Part shown: in pieces, positions 39,245 through 47,722 of the stretch
How positions within the stretch are numbered: position 1 is the first letter of the stretch
How the letters are laid out: every line of letters begins with the position of its first letter
Source: an uncultured delta proteobacterium
GTDB lineage: Bacteria > Desulfobacterota > Binatia > Binatales > Binataceae
Assembly (NCBI GenBank): GCA_963794325.1
Contig: CAWCDG010000007.1
Span: 1-64,000 of the forward strand
Length of the DNA stretch: 64,000 nt
Reading direction: 5' to 3'
The notes under the pieces: generated by a model
Seen by the model: the letters and a program-made list of their open reading frames with translations, nothing else
What the model was told of the DNA's origin: nothing
The model's database searches: none
Program-made: the position numbers and the translations under genes

Positions 39245-40960
39245 CTAATAGCCGACGGCGCCGCCGCCTTTACGCGGGTCGGCCGCGCCACGGAGATTTG
39301 CGGGCGCGATTGTGATCGCACCGACGGCTCCGAGATTCGGCACGACCTTGAGCTTGTAGCCCATCTGCTCGAGCGCGGTGCGCGTCGTCGCGGGCATTGC
39401 CTCTTCGACGATCACGACGTCCGGCGCGGCCTGCTCATGAATTCGCGGCTCGCCGACGGCGCTCGTCGCGTCGAGATGGAACGCGAGAATGTTGAGCGTG
39501 ACCTGCAAAACTCCGCTGATGATTGTTGGACCGCCGGAGCCGCCGGTCGTCATCACTGGCACGCCGTTCTTCGTCACGATTATCGGCGTCATCGAAGAGA
39601 GCGGGCGCTTGCCGCCGCGCACCTCATTGGCGCGCTCACCTTCGAGGTGATACGCGTTCGGCACGCCGGGCGCGACGGCGAAATCGTCCATCTCATCGTT
39701 GAGGATGATGCCCAGTGCGGGCACGCTGACCTTGGCACCGAACACGGTGTTGATGGTGGTGGTCAGCGCGACGACATTGCCGTCCTTGTCGGCGACGAGC
39801 AGATTGGTGGTGCCGTGATCGTGCGCCGGCGCAACAGGTGGCGGCGACGTTTTCGGATGCATCGCGCGCTCGCGCAGTTGCTGGATGTTGTCCTTGCCCA
39901 GGAGCTTCTCAATCTCGACGCCCACAAACTCCGGATCAGCATATCGCTCGCGATCGATGAAACCCTGGCGCATCACTTCGATCAGACGCGCGAGGTACGG
40001 CGGCGAGTCGACGCCGAGTCCCGCCAGATGTCCCGAATCAAGCGCGCCGAGCATCTCGAGGACGACCCCGCCCGACGACGGCGGCGGCATCGCATAAACA
40101 TCGTAGTCCTCGTAGCGATGGTGAATCGGGTTGCGCCAGTCGGGACGGTAGTTCGAGAGATCGGTGTTGCTGATCAGCCCGCCGTGCGCCTTTATGAATG
40201 CGACGAGCGCGGCAGCGACCTGGCCGTGATAGAAGTTCGTGACCGGATCGTCGCCGAGGCTCTTCAGAGTTGCCGCCAGATTCTTTGCGACGATCGTGTC
40301 GCCGGCTTTGAGCGGAGAGCCGTCGGGTTTGAGGAAAACCTGGCTCAGCCCGGGATCGCTTTTCAGCTTCGGCGCGAGCATCGCGATCTCCTTCGCCAGG
40401 TGATCGCTAGCGAGGTAACCATCGCCGGCTAATTTCTCCGCAGGCGCCGCGATCTGCTGAAACTTCATCGTGCCAAAACGCCTTAGCGCCGCGTCGATAC
40501 CCGCAATCTCACCCGGCACGCCAACCCCGAGGATGCCGTCGCGGGCCAAATCCTCATCGGGCTGGCCGTTGCGCATGTACATGTCGGGACGAGCCTGAAG
40601 CGGCGCGGCCTCGCGATAGTCGAGTGCGTAGAAGGCATGCGCCTTCGCCATATAGATGAGCATGAAGCCGCCGCCGCCGATTCCGCACGCAGCAGGGTTG
40701 GTAACCCCGACCGCCAATTCAGTGGCAACCGCGGCGTCAACGGCGTTACCGCCTTGTTTGAGAACCTCGACGCCGGCGCGCGCGGCGTCCTCGCTTTCCG
40801 ACACCACCATCCCGTGGACACCGGCGGCGGAGGTTTGTGGAGGGGCTGACTCCGCATCGGAACGCGGCGCAACCGACAGCGCGAGCGCGAGAATGATTAA
40901 CGGGGCAATCGCACGCGAGCGGGCGGCGGCCAAAAGATGAGTCCGGCGTGGCATCAACAT
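39245..40960 (-). CDS. ggt: Gamma-glutamyltransferase (exported)
   Basis: GGNAVDAAVA, GIGGGGFM, MPPPSSGG, HGTT autocleavage Thr, NDEMDDF, RPLSSMTP, GSGGPTI; start approximate. Confidence 0.93.
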   Translation of the reverse strand: MLMPRRTHLLAAARSRAIAPLIILALALSVAPRSDAESAPPQTSAAGVHGMVVSESEDAARAGVEVLKQGGNAVDAAVATELAVGVTNPAACGIGGGGFMLIYMAKAHAFYALDYREAAPLQARPDMYMRNGQPDEDLARDGILGVGVPGEIAGIDAALRRFGTMKFQQIAAPAEKLAGDGYLASDHLAKEIAMLAPKLKSDPGLSQVFLKPDGSPLKAGDTIVAKNLAATLKSLGDDPVTNFYHGQVAAALVAFIKAHGGLISNTDLSNYRPDWRNPIHHRYEDYDVYAMPPPSSGGVVLEMLGALDSGHLAGLGVDSPPYLARLIEVMRQGFIDRERYADPEFVGVEIEKLLGKDNIQQLRERAMHPKTSPPPVAPAHDHGTTNLLVADKDGNVVALTTTINTVFGAKVSVPALGIILNDEMDDFAVAPGVPNAYHLEGERANEVRGGKRPLSSMTPIIVTKNGVPVMTTGGSGGPTIISGVLQVTLNILAFHLDATSAVGEPRIHEQAAPDVVIVEEAMPATTRTALEQMGYKLKVVPNLGAVGAITIAPANLRGAADPRKGGGAVGY

Positions 40961-41037
40961 CAGGGCTTTACTAACAGCCATCGCCGACCGATGAAAGGTA
41001 TGCACGAGCTCAATTGTGGTGCCGTCGGAAAATCCGA

Positions 41038-42240
41038 TTAACTGCCTGACAGCCGAAGTTCGCTGAGTCCGCGCAGGGCCATCGAGCCGCGATACTCCAG
41101 TTTGGCCTGTGGGTTGGCCAGTTGCAGTCGTGGGAATTTGTTCAGCATCGATTCGATAGCGATTGCGCCTTCCAGCCGCGCGAGCGGTGCGCCGAGGCAG
41201 AAGTGAATTCCCTCGCCGAACGACACATGCTCGTTGGGATCGCGTGCGACGTCGAAGTTTTCGGGATTCGGGAAATGTGCGGGGTCGCGATTTGCGGCCG
41301 CCAGCAGGATGAAAGCGAGACTGCCCATAGGAATCTCGGTGCCGCCGACGCTGGTCGAAGCCGTCGGCATCCGCACCGTCATCTGGACGGGCGGGTCGTA
41401 GCGCAGCATCTCCTCGATCGCTTTTGGGATCAGATCGCGGCTGGCACGCAGGCGATTCTGCTGCTCGGGATTGCGGCATAGCGCGAGCAGGCCGTTACCG
41501 ATCAGGTTGGTGGTCGTCTCGTTCCCGGCCAATAGCAACAACACGACGAACGCCAGCAGCTCGTTTTCGTTGAGCGCGTCGGACTCGTCTCGTGCGGTGA
41601 CCAACGCGCTGATCAAGTCATCGGCGGGATTTGCGCTCCGTTGCTTGATTGCCTCGGCCAGGTAGCGGCGGAGTTCATCCTTGGCGGCGAGGCCGGCCGC
41701 AGACGGGCCGGCCCCCATCTCCTGGCCGAATGAGCTGATCAGATCGTTGGACCATTGCTTGAATTGCGCGTGATCGTTGGGTGACACCCCGAGCATCTCC
41801 GCGATCACAATCACCGGCAGCGGATTGGCGAGCGCCGCCATCGCTTCGATTCCGCTTTCGCCGGAGTCCGTCGCGCGGCTCAACAAGTCGTTGGTTATCT
41901 CACGAACCCGCGGCTCGAGCTCGCGCACGCGTCTCGGCGTAAAAGCCTTGCTGACCAGCCGTCGCAGGCGCGAGTGCACTGGAGGATCGGCGGTGAGAAT
42001 CGTCGGCGCGCCGCCGAATGGATCGATGCGCTCGCGAAATGGAATCTCCGGACGCCGAACGGTGAAACGCTCGTGGTCGTGCAGCACCGTGACGACATCG
42101 TCATAGCGCGCGATAATGGTCGTCGGCAGGAAGAGTTGAAGCTGTCGGGGAGGACCGTCCAGCAGCGCGGGGAAGTGCGGATATGGATTCGCGCGAAAAT
42201 CGGGATCGAATGGGTTGAAATAGAAATCAGCCTGAGCCAT
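41038..42240 (-). CDS. Cytochrome P450
   Basis: DPPVHSRLR, AGNETT I-helix, EMLR (ExxR), FGEGIHFCLGAPLAR heme motif. Confidence 0.97.
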   Translation of the reverse strand: MAQADFYFNPFDPDFRANPYPHFPALLDGPPRQLQLFLPTTIIARYDDVVTVLHDHERFTVRRPEIPFRERIDPFGGAPTILTADPPVHSRLRRLVSKAFTPRRVRELEPRVREITNDLLSRATDSGESGIEAMAALANPLPVIVIAEMLGVSPNDHAQFKQWSNDLISSFGQEMGAGPSAAGLAAKDELRRYLAEAIKQRSANPADDLISALVTARDESDALNENELLAFVVLLLLAGNETTTNLIGNGLLALCRNPEQQNRLRASRDLIPKAIEEMLRYDPPVQMTVRMPTASTSVGGTEIPMGSLAFILLAAANRDPAHFPNPENFDVARDPNEHVSFGEGIHFCLGAPLARLEGAIAIESMLNKFPRLQLANPQAKLEYRGSMALRGLSELRLSGS

Positions 42241-42397
42241 TGGCGCCTCCGGAGAACGGGAACTTGATTGTAGTGAAACCCGCGGTGGGTTTCACGCTTC
42301 CTTCGGCTAAGTACGGTTCCTTGAGCGGGGCGGGACGATGGTGCTTTAATCGGCTCCTCAAGCTTCCCGCAAAGCGTTCACCAAGAGAGGTATCGCC

Positions 42398-43579
42398 ATG
42401 GCTTATGCACCTGCTAATCGCGCGATGTATGACGCTGACAGCCATATCATGGAGCTTCCGGATTTTCTGCAGAAGTACGCCGATCCGGAGCTGCGCAACG
42501 ACATCCCGGCGGTAAGCTACAGCGCGTCGCTGGTCACCGACGAGGAAGTCGCGGAGATCATGGCGCGCGGCGGGCGGCATACTGAGCAGCACGTCGCCGA
42601 GCTGATCGCGCTTGGCGATAATCTAATCGAGAGGTCGAAAGAGATTCAGGCGTTGGGTGCGTTTGATGGACGCGAGCGCTCGAAGGCGATCGACATGCTC
42701 GGGTTCAAGAAACAACTGGTGTTCGCGACCCATAGTGTCACGATGCCGTTTTCGCCAAGCTCGAAAATCTCGCCGAAGCTGCGCTATGGCGCGGCGCGCG
42801 CGCACAATCGGCACATGGCGGAATTCTGCGGGAATGACTCGCGCCTGATGGGCGTCGCGATCGCGCCGCTGGACGTGCCCGAACTCGCGCTCGAGGAACT
42901 CGAGTTCGCGCTGAAGAGCGGCGCCGAAGCCATCTGGGTGCCCCATCACCCGTGCGGCGGCCGCTCTCCCGGACACGTCGAGTTCGATCCTTTCTGGACA
43001 CGGCTGGTCGAGTCGAACACTCCGTTCGTGATGCATGTCGGTGGATCGCCGCTGCAATTGGATAAGGCGTGGATAAACAATGGCCGGCCGCCGGTCAAAG
43101 ACTGGATGGGCGGCGGCGAGAATCTTCGCACCAAGGACATGGCCGTGCTGCATCAGGGGCCGGAGACGTTTCTTTCGATGATGTTGATCGACGGCGTATT
43201 CGAACGGTTTCCGAAACTGCGCGGCGGATGTATCGAGCTGGGCGCGGGATGGGTACCGGCGATGCTCGTGCGGCTGGACTGGACGGTAAAAATTTGGAGC
43301 AAGACGGATGCGAACCTCGCGCGCTTCACGCGCAAGCCGTCGGAACAGCTCACGCAACAGATGGCATTCACGCCGTTCGTGTTCGAGGACGTTGGCGCCC
43401 TGATCGATCAGTCAAATCCGGAGCTGTACCTGTTCTCGACCGACTACCCGCACACCGAAGGCGGCCGCAACCCAATCGCGCGCTTCGAGACCTCGCTGGG
43501 AGATCGCTCCGAGCAAATCCGCGACCGGTTTTATTCCGAAAACTTTCTGCGTATTTTTCCTGAAGCACGCGCGTCGTAA
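42398..43579 (+). CDS. Amidohydrolase-family (Amidohydro_2) protein
   Basis: DADSHIME, MHVG, FERFPKLR, ELGAGW, FSTDYPHTEG. Confidence 0.9.
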   Translation: MAYAPANRAMYDADSHIMELPDFLQKYADPELRNDIPAVSYSASLVTDEEVAEIMARGGRHTEQHVAELIALGDNLIERSKEIQALGAFDGRERSKAIDMLGFKKQLVFATHSVTMPFSPSSKISPKLRYGAARAHNRHMAEFCGNDSRLMGVAIAPLDVPELALEELEFALKSGAEAIWVPHHPCGGRSPGHVEFDPFWTRLVESNTPFVMHVGGSPLQLDKAWINNGRPPVKDWMGGGENLRTKDMAVLHQGPETFLSMMLIDGVFERFPKLRGGCIELGAGWVPAMLVRLDWTVKIWSKTDANLARFTRKPSEQLTQQMAFTPFVFEDVGALIDQSNPELYLFSTDYPHTEGGRNPIARFETSLGDRSEQIRDRFYSENFLRIFPEARAS

Positions 43580-43603
43580 ACGCGCATCTAACAGGGGGGA
43601 CAG

Positions 43604-44578
43604 ATGGCTCATTTTCTTACCGTACCGATCAATGAGAACGGGATTATCACCGACAAAAACATCGGCATGGAAATCCAACGCGCCGCGGTTGCGCCGTTCG
43701 CGTTTACTGATGTCTTCCTCTACTCGCATGGATGGTGGACCAATGCGACGGCGTCGATGGCCGACTACAATGATTTCTCGATCGGGTTCGCGCGCACGCT
43801 CGAGAGTTTGATCCATCGAAATCCGAACCCACTTCGGAACATCGTGCCTGGGTTTTCCGCGCTTAGCGTCGGCGTGCATTGGCCTTCGATGCTTTCGGAA
43901 GACGACGACTCGATGGTGAATTTCGCGGAAGCCTCCTCTTTTTTCACGATGGAATATCGAGCCGACGATGTTGGCCAGACCGCCGGCTATGCCTTGCTGC
44001 GCCTTCTGCTCCAGAGCCGACAAGGCGCAACGCCGTTCAGGTTTCATCTGCTCGGGCACAGTTTCGGCTGTCGAGTAGTGCTGTCGACCCTGGAACAATT
44101 GACCAAAGACGCAAATACCCTGCCGCTGGCTGCTCAAACCCAGTTCAACGTGGTTTTGATAGAAGCTGCCGCGGATTCCGATTCGTTGGCACCGGGCAGG
44201 CTCTATGAAAATATTTTGACGAGTATCCCGAACATCAAAATACTGGCCACCACGTCGGCTAACGACAGAGCGGTGAACACGTTGTATCCGGTGGCGCAGG
44301 GACTCGCGCACATCTTCAATCACCCGCTGGATCCTATTACTGCGATGGGTGCGGTGGGGTTCGACACTGCCCCTGCACCGAACGCCATTCAAAACATTGC
44401 GATCGGCCCTGGAAACGTTCCGGCGCCGGCTGGAAGGTTTGTAGTGGCGGACCTTACGCCGCTCCATCAAGCTCGACGTCTTGCCGACCCGACGGTGTAC
44501 AACAGCTTTTCGGGCCAACATTCAGACATTTATCTGGACGAGATTTACCAGCTGATCGCCATGTTTCTCGGTACTTGA
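43604..44578 (+). CDS. Alpha/beta-hydrolase-fold protein
   Basis: YSHGW oxyanion segment, GHSFG nucleophile elbow, ND and GQHS candidate acid/His. Confidence 0.8.
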   Translation: MAHFLTVPINENGIITDKNIGMEIQRAAVAPFAFTDVFLYSHGWWTNATASMADYNDFSIGFARTLESLIHRNPNPLRNIVPGFSALSVGVHWPSMLSEDDDSMVNFAEASSFFTMEYRADDVGQTAGYALLRLLLQSRQGATPFRFHLLGHSFGCRVVLSTLEQLTKDANTLPLAAQTQFNVVLIEAAADSDSLAPGRLYENILTSIPNIKILATTSANDRAVNTLYPVAQGLAHIFNHPLDPITAMGAVGFDTAPAPNAIQNIAIGPGNVPAPAGRFVVADLTPLHQARRLADPTVYNSFSGQHSDIYLDEIYQLIAMFLGT

Positions 44579-44583
44579 AAGTC

Positions 44584-44617
44584 AGCGGCGGCGGACTTGA
44601 TAGTCCGCCGCCGCTTT
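44584..44617. terminator. GC-rich hairpin between convergent genes (bidirectional terminator or REP-like)
   Basis: Perfect 14-bp stem AGCGGCGGCGGACT-TGAT-AGTCCGCCGCCGCT. Confidence 0.7.
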
Positions 44618-44631
44618 CGCATCAGACTCGA

Positions 44632-45642
44632 TCACGCTTCGACCCGGCTCGGGCGCATCCGGAGAATCGGGTGCGAGTTGCCCAGGCATTCGCGCAGCAC
44701 TCCGAGATAGCTGCGCGACACGTGAACCGACTCCTTGAAGTCCGACTTCGACATCAGCACGCGATGGAGTTCCGGCAACCGGTAGAACGGAACGCTCGGG
44801 TAGAAATGATGTTCGATGTGATAGTTCACGTTCTTCGGCGCGACGAAGATGTGCGCTAGCAGCGACGCGCCCGTGGACCTGGTCTGCGCGTACGCGTTGG
44901 CGCGACCTTCGATTGCGGAATGTTCGGCGATGCTGCGGATGCGGAAGATCACCGTCATCCAGGTGAACAACGGCACGAACCAGTACATAAGGAGAAGGTG
45001 AATCGCGCCGAACCACGCGAGCACTGTGATCACTGCGGCGTAGAAGCCGTATCGTGCCACCAGGAACCCGCGACTCACGCCCGCGTCCCGCGAGAGAAGC
45101 ATCAACGCCAGCTTGAGATAGTAGATAGCGCCCAGGCCCGACAGATCGCGAAGCATCAACAGAGTGAGCCGGCTCCAATGCTTCGGAAATACCCACGTCG
45201 GGTCACCCTGGCGGCGCGCCCAGTCGGGATCCTTGGCAGAATTCAGGTAGCGATGATGCGCGAAATGGTTCCTGCGATAGGCGCGTGCCGAAATGAGGTT
45301 CGGCCACGCGAGGATAATTTCGGCGGTCCAATCGTTCAGGCGCCGGCCACGGAAGAGGCGATAATGAACGCCGTCGTGCATCAGGATGAGTAGCGCGTGT
45401 TGGCGCGCACCGATGAACGCCACGGTCAGAAGGTACAGCGCGAGGTTGAAATGACGCTGGCATAGAAAGATCGCAGTCAGTATCAGCATCCATTCCGCGA
45501 CGATATGAAGAGTGCTCCGGAGCGGGCTTAGCGCGGACAAATCGCGCAGCTCCTCCCTGGTCAGCTTGACCGGGATGGCGCCGTCGAGATCGTCGGACGG
45601 GCGTTCCTGTGCACCGCGATCTTTGGTCAGATCGATATTCAT
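44632..45642 (-). CDS. Membrane di-iron desaturase/hydroxylase (fatty acid desaturase family, RtxC-like)
   Basis: His boxes HDGVH, HFAHH, HIEHH plus AEH; PSVPFYRLP; GAGG RBS. Confidence 0.9.
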   Translation of the reverse strand: MNIDLTKDRGAQERPSDDLDGAIPVKLTREELRDLSALSPLRSTLHIVAEWMLILTAIFLCQRHFNLALYLLTVAFIGARQHALLILMHDGVHYRLFRGRRLNDWTAEIILAWPNLISARAYRRNHFAHHRYLNSAKDPDWARRQGDPTWVFPKHWSRLTLLMLRDLSGLGAIYYLKLALMLLSRDAGVSRGFLVARYGFYAAVITVLAWFGAIHLLLMYWFVPLFTWMTVIFRIRSIAEHSAIEGRANAYAQTRSTGASLLAHIFVAPKNVNYHIEHHFYPSVPFYRLPELHRVLMSKSDFKESVHVSRSYLGVLRECLGNSHPILRMRPSRVEA

Positions 45643-45729
45643 AGTTTTTCCTCGTTTGATTGAATCCGCTTGATAGCGGCGGATTGAGTGAATGTTGTGT
45701 TCAATCCTCCGGATCGTCGAAGAATCGAT

Positions 45730-46413
45730 TCAGGCATGCGCAGGCATGGCAGGTATCTCGCCGACACCGAGCGGACAGCGATTTGCCGCCGGCCTCAACC
45801 GATCGGATCTGTCGAACCGGACGGTGCGATAGTTGTCCGGGGTTTCGATCTTCAAGCGATGTACATTTGAGGTGAGTTTCGCCAGCGCTTCTCCCTCGAG
45901 GACCATCGGCTGAACCCAGAGCCGGCCGTCGTCCGGTCCCTCGAGATACGGATACTCCACGGGCACGCCAGCCTTGACGAAGCCCATAGCCCTGTAAAAT
46001 CCGCCATGATCGGACCTTCCCGCAGCCAGATAGACGAGTACCGCGTCAGGATTCCTGCGAACGACCTGAACTGCGATTCCGCGCCACGCGTGCATGCCAG
46101 CGCCGCGTGACAGCGACCAATGATCGCTGCATTCCAGCACCGATTGAGGCGCGTATCGCGAGAGGTCTGGCTCACTACAGCTTTGCGGATGGGCGGCGAG
46201 GTCATGAAGTGCGACCCCGGCTGTCATGCTCTGCAAGCCGTCGTGGTCGATTTCGAACAATCCATAGAGGCCTGCGGCGGCCAGACGCCGCTTATTTTTC
46301 GCCTGCGAGCGGCCGATATCTCTGAAGGTGGCCCCGTGGCGAGCGCGTGCTTGTGCAAGGCGTTGGGCGAACAGGTCTCGTTCGTCCTCTGTCGTTAAGA
46401 GGCGCATTTCCAT
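45730..46413 (-). CDS. Hypothetical GNAT-fold acyltransferase (LuxI/FeeM-like), 227 aa
   Basis: AGGAG RBS 7 nt before ATG 46413; MRLLTTEDER start, VLECSDHWS strand, GAG, HGGFYRAMGF..G GNAT motif. Confidence 0.6.
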   Translation of the reverse strand: MEMRLLTTEDERDLFAQRLAQARARHGATFRDIGRSQAKNKRRLAAAGLYGLFEIDHDGLQSMTAGVALHDLAAHPQSCSEPDLSRYAPQSVLECSDHWSLSRGAGMHAWRGIAVQVVRRNPDAVLVYLAAGRSDHGGFYRAMGFVKAGVPVEYPYLEGPDDGRLWVQPMVLEGEALAKLTSNVHRLKIETPDNYRTVRFDRSDRLRPAANRCPLGVGEIPAMPAHA

Positions 46414-46763
46414 TGGATGACTCCTTTTTGTTGCGATGAGCGATTGGCGAAATGAGCGAGGCGAGGTAGTCAAGCCCCGGAGGAGGCGGACTGCGGGCGT
46501 TTGCCGCGCAGCGACCCGGCATAGCAAAAAGTTGACGTTCCAGAGACCTGAAATGTGATAGGAGAATCATTTAAAAGAGAGGATCAGTCATTTTTAACTC
46601 CATCCGATGACAAATAGTCAACACAGAAATGAGCGGATCGCGATGATTGTTGGTCGCATGAAATCGAGATCAGGCGTGGTTTCTTCTAGACGGACGTTGT
46701 GATACGTAAACTAACGTTAGGCGTCTTTAACTGGCGGAGCGTGGTCTGTATAAACTCGGGGTC

Positions 46764-47591
46764 ATGTCGGGGGTGAGCGTGACAGTCAGGGGAACCAGCA
46801 ACAAATCGTCTTTCGACGTGCTCGCGTCGGAAATTGTGAAGGCGAGCAGGTCGCGGACTTCAATCGGCTCTCGCGGTGCGACTGCGGAGATTCAGTCACT
46901 TGAGCAACAGGACTACGGGCGCTCGCTCAGAACATTGCTGGGGCGATCCGAGGTTCGGCAGATTCTGGCGGAAGCGAGAAGCTCCGTGTGGCCGCGCTTG
47001 AACGCCGAATCGGTGCGGTTGGTTTCGCCGACGGAATTCACACGACTATGGTCGCGGTTAGGAGTTCAGTTCAAGTTGGCAAGCCTGCGCGGAGCGGAAG
47101 GACTCGCGCTGTTAGGATTTTACGTGCGGGAAATGGGCGGATCGCGGTTGCCTCTAATCTGCGTGAATACGGCGCATCACCCTGCAGCGATCGGTGCGGC
47201 ATTCTCTCACGAAATGGGCCATCACCTGATCGGACGTCTTTTTGATTCGCACAAACAACACGCCCAGTTGTTGACCAACACAGCCTATGGAGAGCATCTG
47301 TTCGATCGTGAGGAACTGGCTGCGGATATTCTGGTGAGCCTGGGCGTATTTCCCCAGGCGATCGCGCGTAAGATTTTTTTGAAATCCCAGCAGGGGAAAC
47401 AGGCCCGGTCCCGGTCCGCGCCCGCGATACTCCCGGATTCAACCTCGGCGAAGGTGCTCAAATATTTCGAGGATCAATTCGGTCTTACCTTCGGCGGCCA
47501 GCTTCCCTCCGGCAAGAAGCTTCAGTATCTGGCCGGGGTGATTCATTTTGCAAAATTGAGACGCGCTCTTCTGACCGAATACGGCATGTGA
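46764..47591 (+). CDS. IrrE/ImmA-like (M78) zinc metallopeptidase, stand-alone
   Basis: ICVNTAHH...AFSHEMGHHL (HExxH) and downstream EELAADILVSLGVFP (third-ligand ExxA motif). Confidence 0.72.
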   Translation: MSGVSVTVRGTSNKSSFDVLASEIVKASRSRTSIGSRGATAEIQSLEQQDYGRSLRTLLGRSEVRQILAEARSSVWPRLNAESVRLVSPTEFTRLWSRLGVQFKLASLRGAEGLALLGFYVREMGGSRLPLICVNTAHHPAAIGAAFSHEMGHHLIGRLFDSHKQHAQLLTNTAYGEHLFDREELAADILVSLGVFPQAIARKIFLKSQQGKQARSRSAPAILPDSTSAKVLKYFEDQFGLTFGGQLPSGKKLQYLAGVIHFAKLRRALLTEYGM

Positions 47592-47722
47592 GGCCAGCAA
47601 GCATCCGTTCCTGATTCTTCAGGGCACTGCCGCTCCCGGCTTGTGCGTGGATCCGATTTACTTCTAGGATCATTCGGCTCCTAGTTTTAGACTTCGAGGA
47701 AATCTGGTCGAGGAGAGACGAT

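Noticed and set aside
40961-41479. N-terminal 170 aa of the 744-aa ggt ORF in the track
   Set aside because: Mostly overlaps the P450 3' end in another frame; a signal peptide begins near 40960, marking the real start.
46465-46540. GTCAAGCCCC...GTTGAC resembling the 5' end of an IS200/605 omega/HEARO RNA
   Set aside because: Only short matches; no iscB, tnpB or tnpA and no convincing stem pattern.
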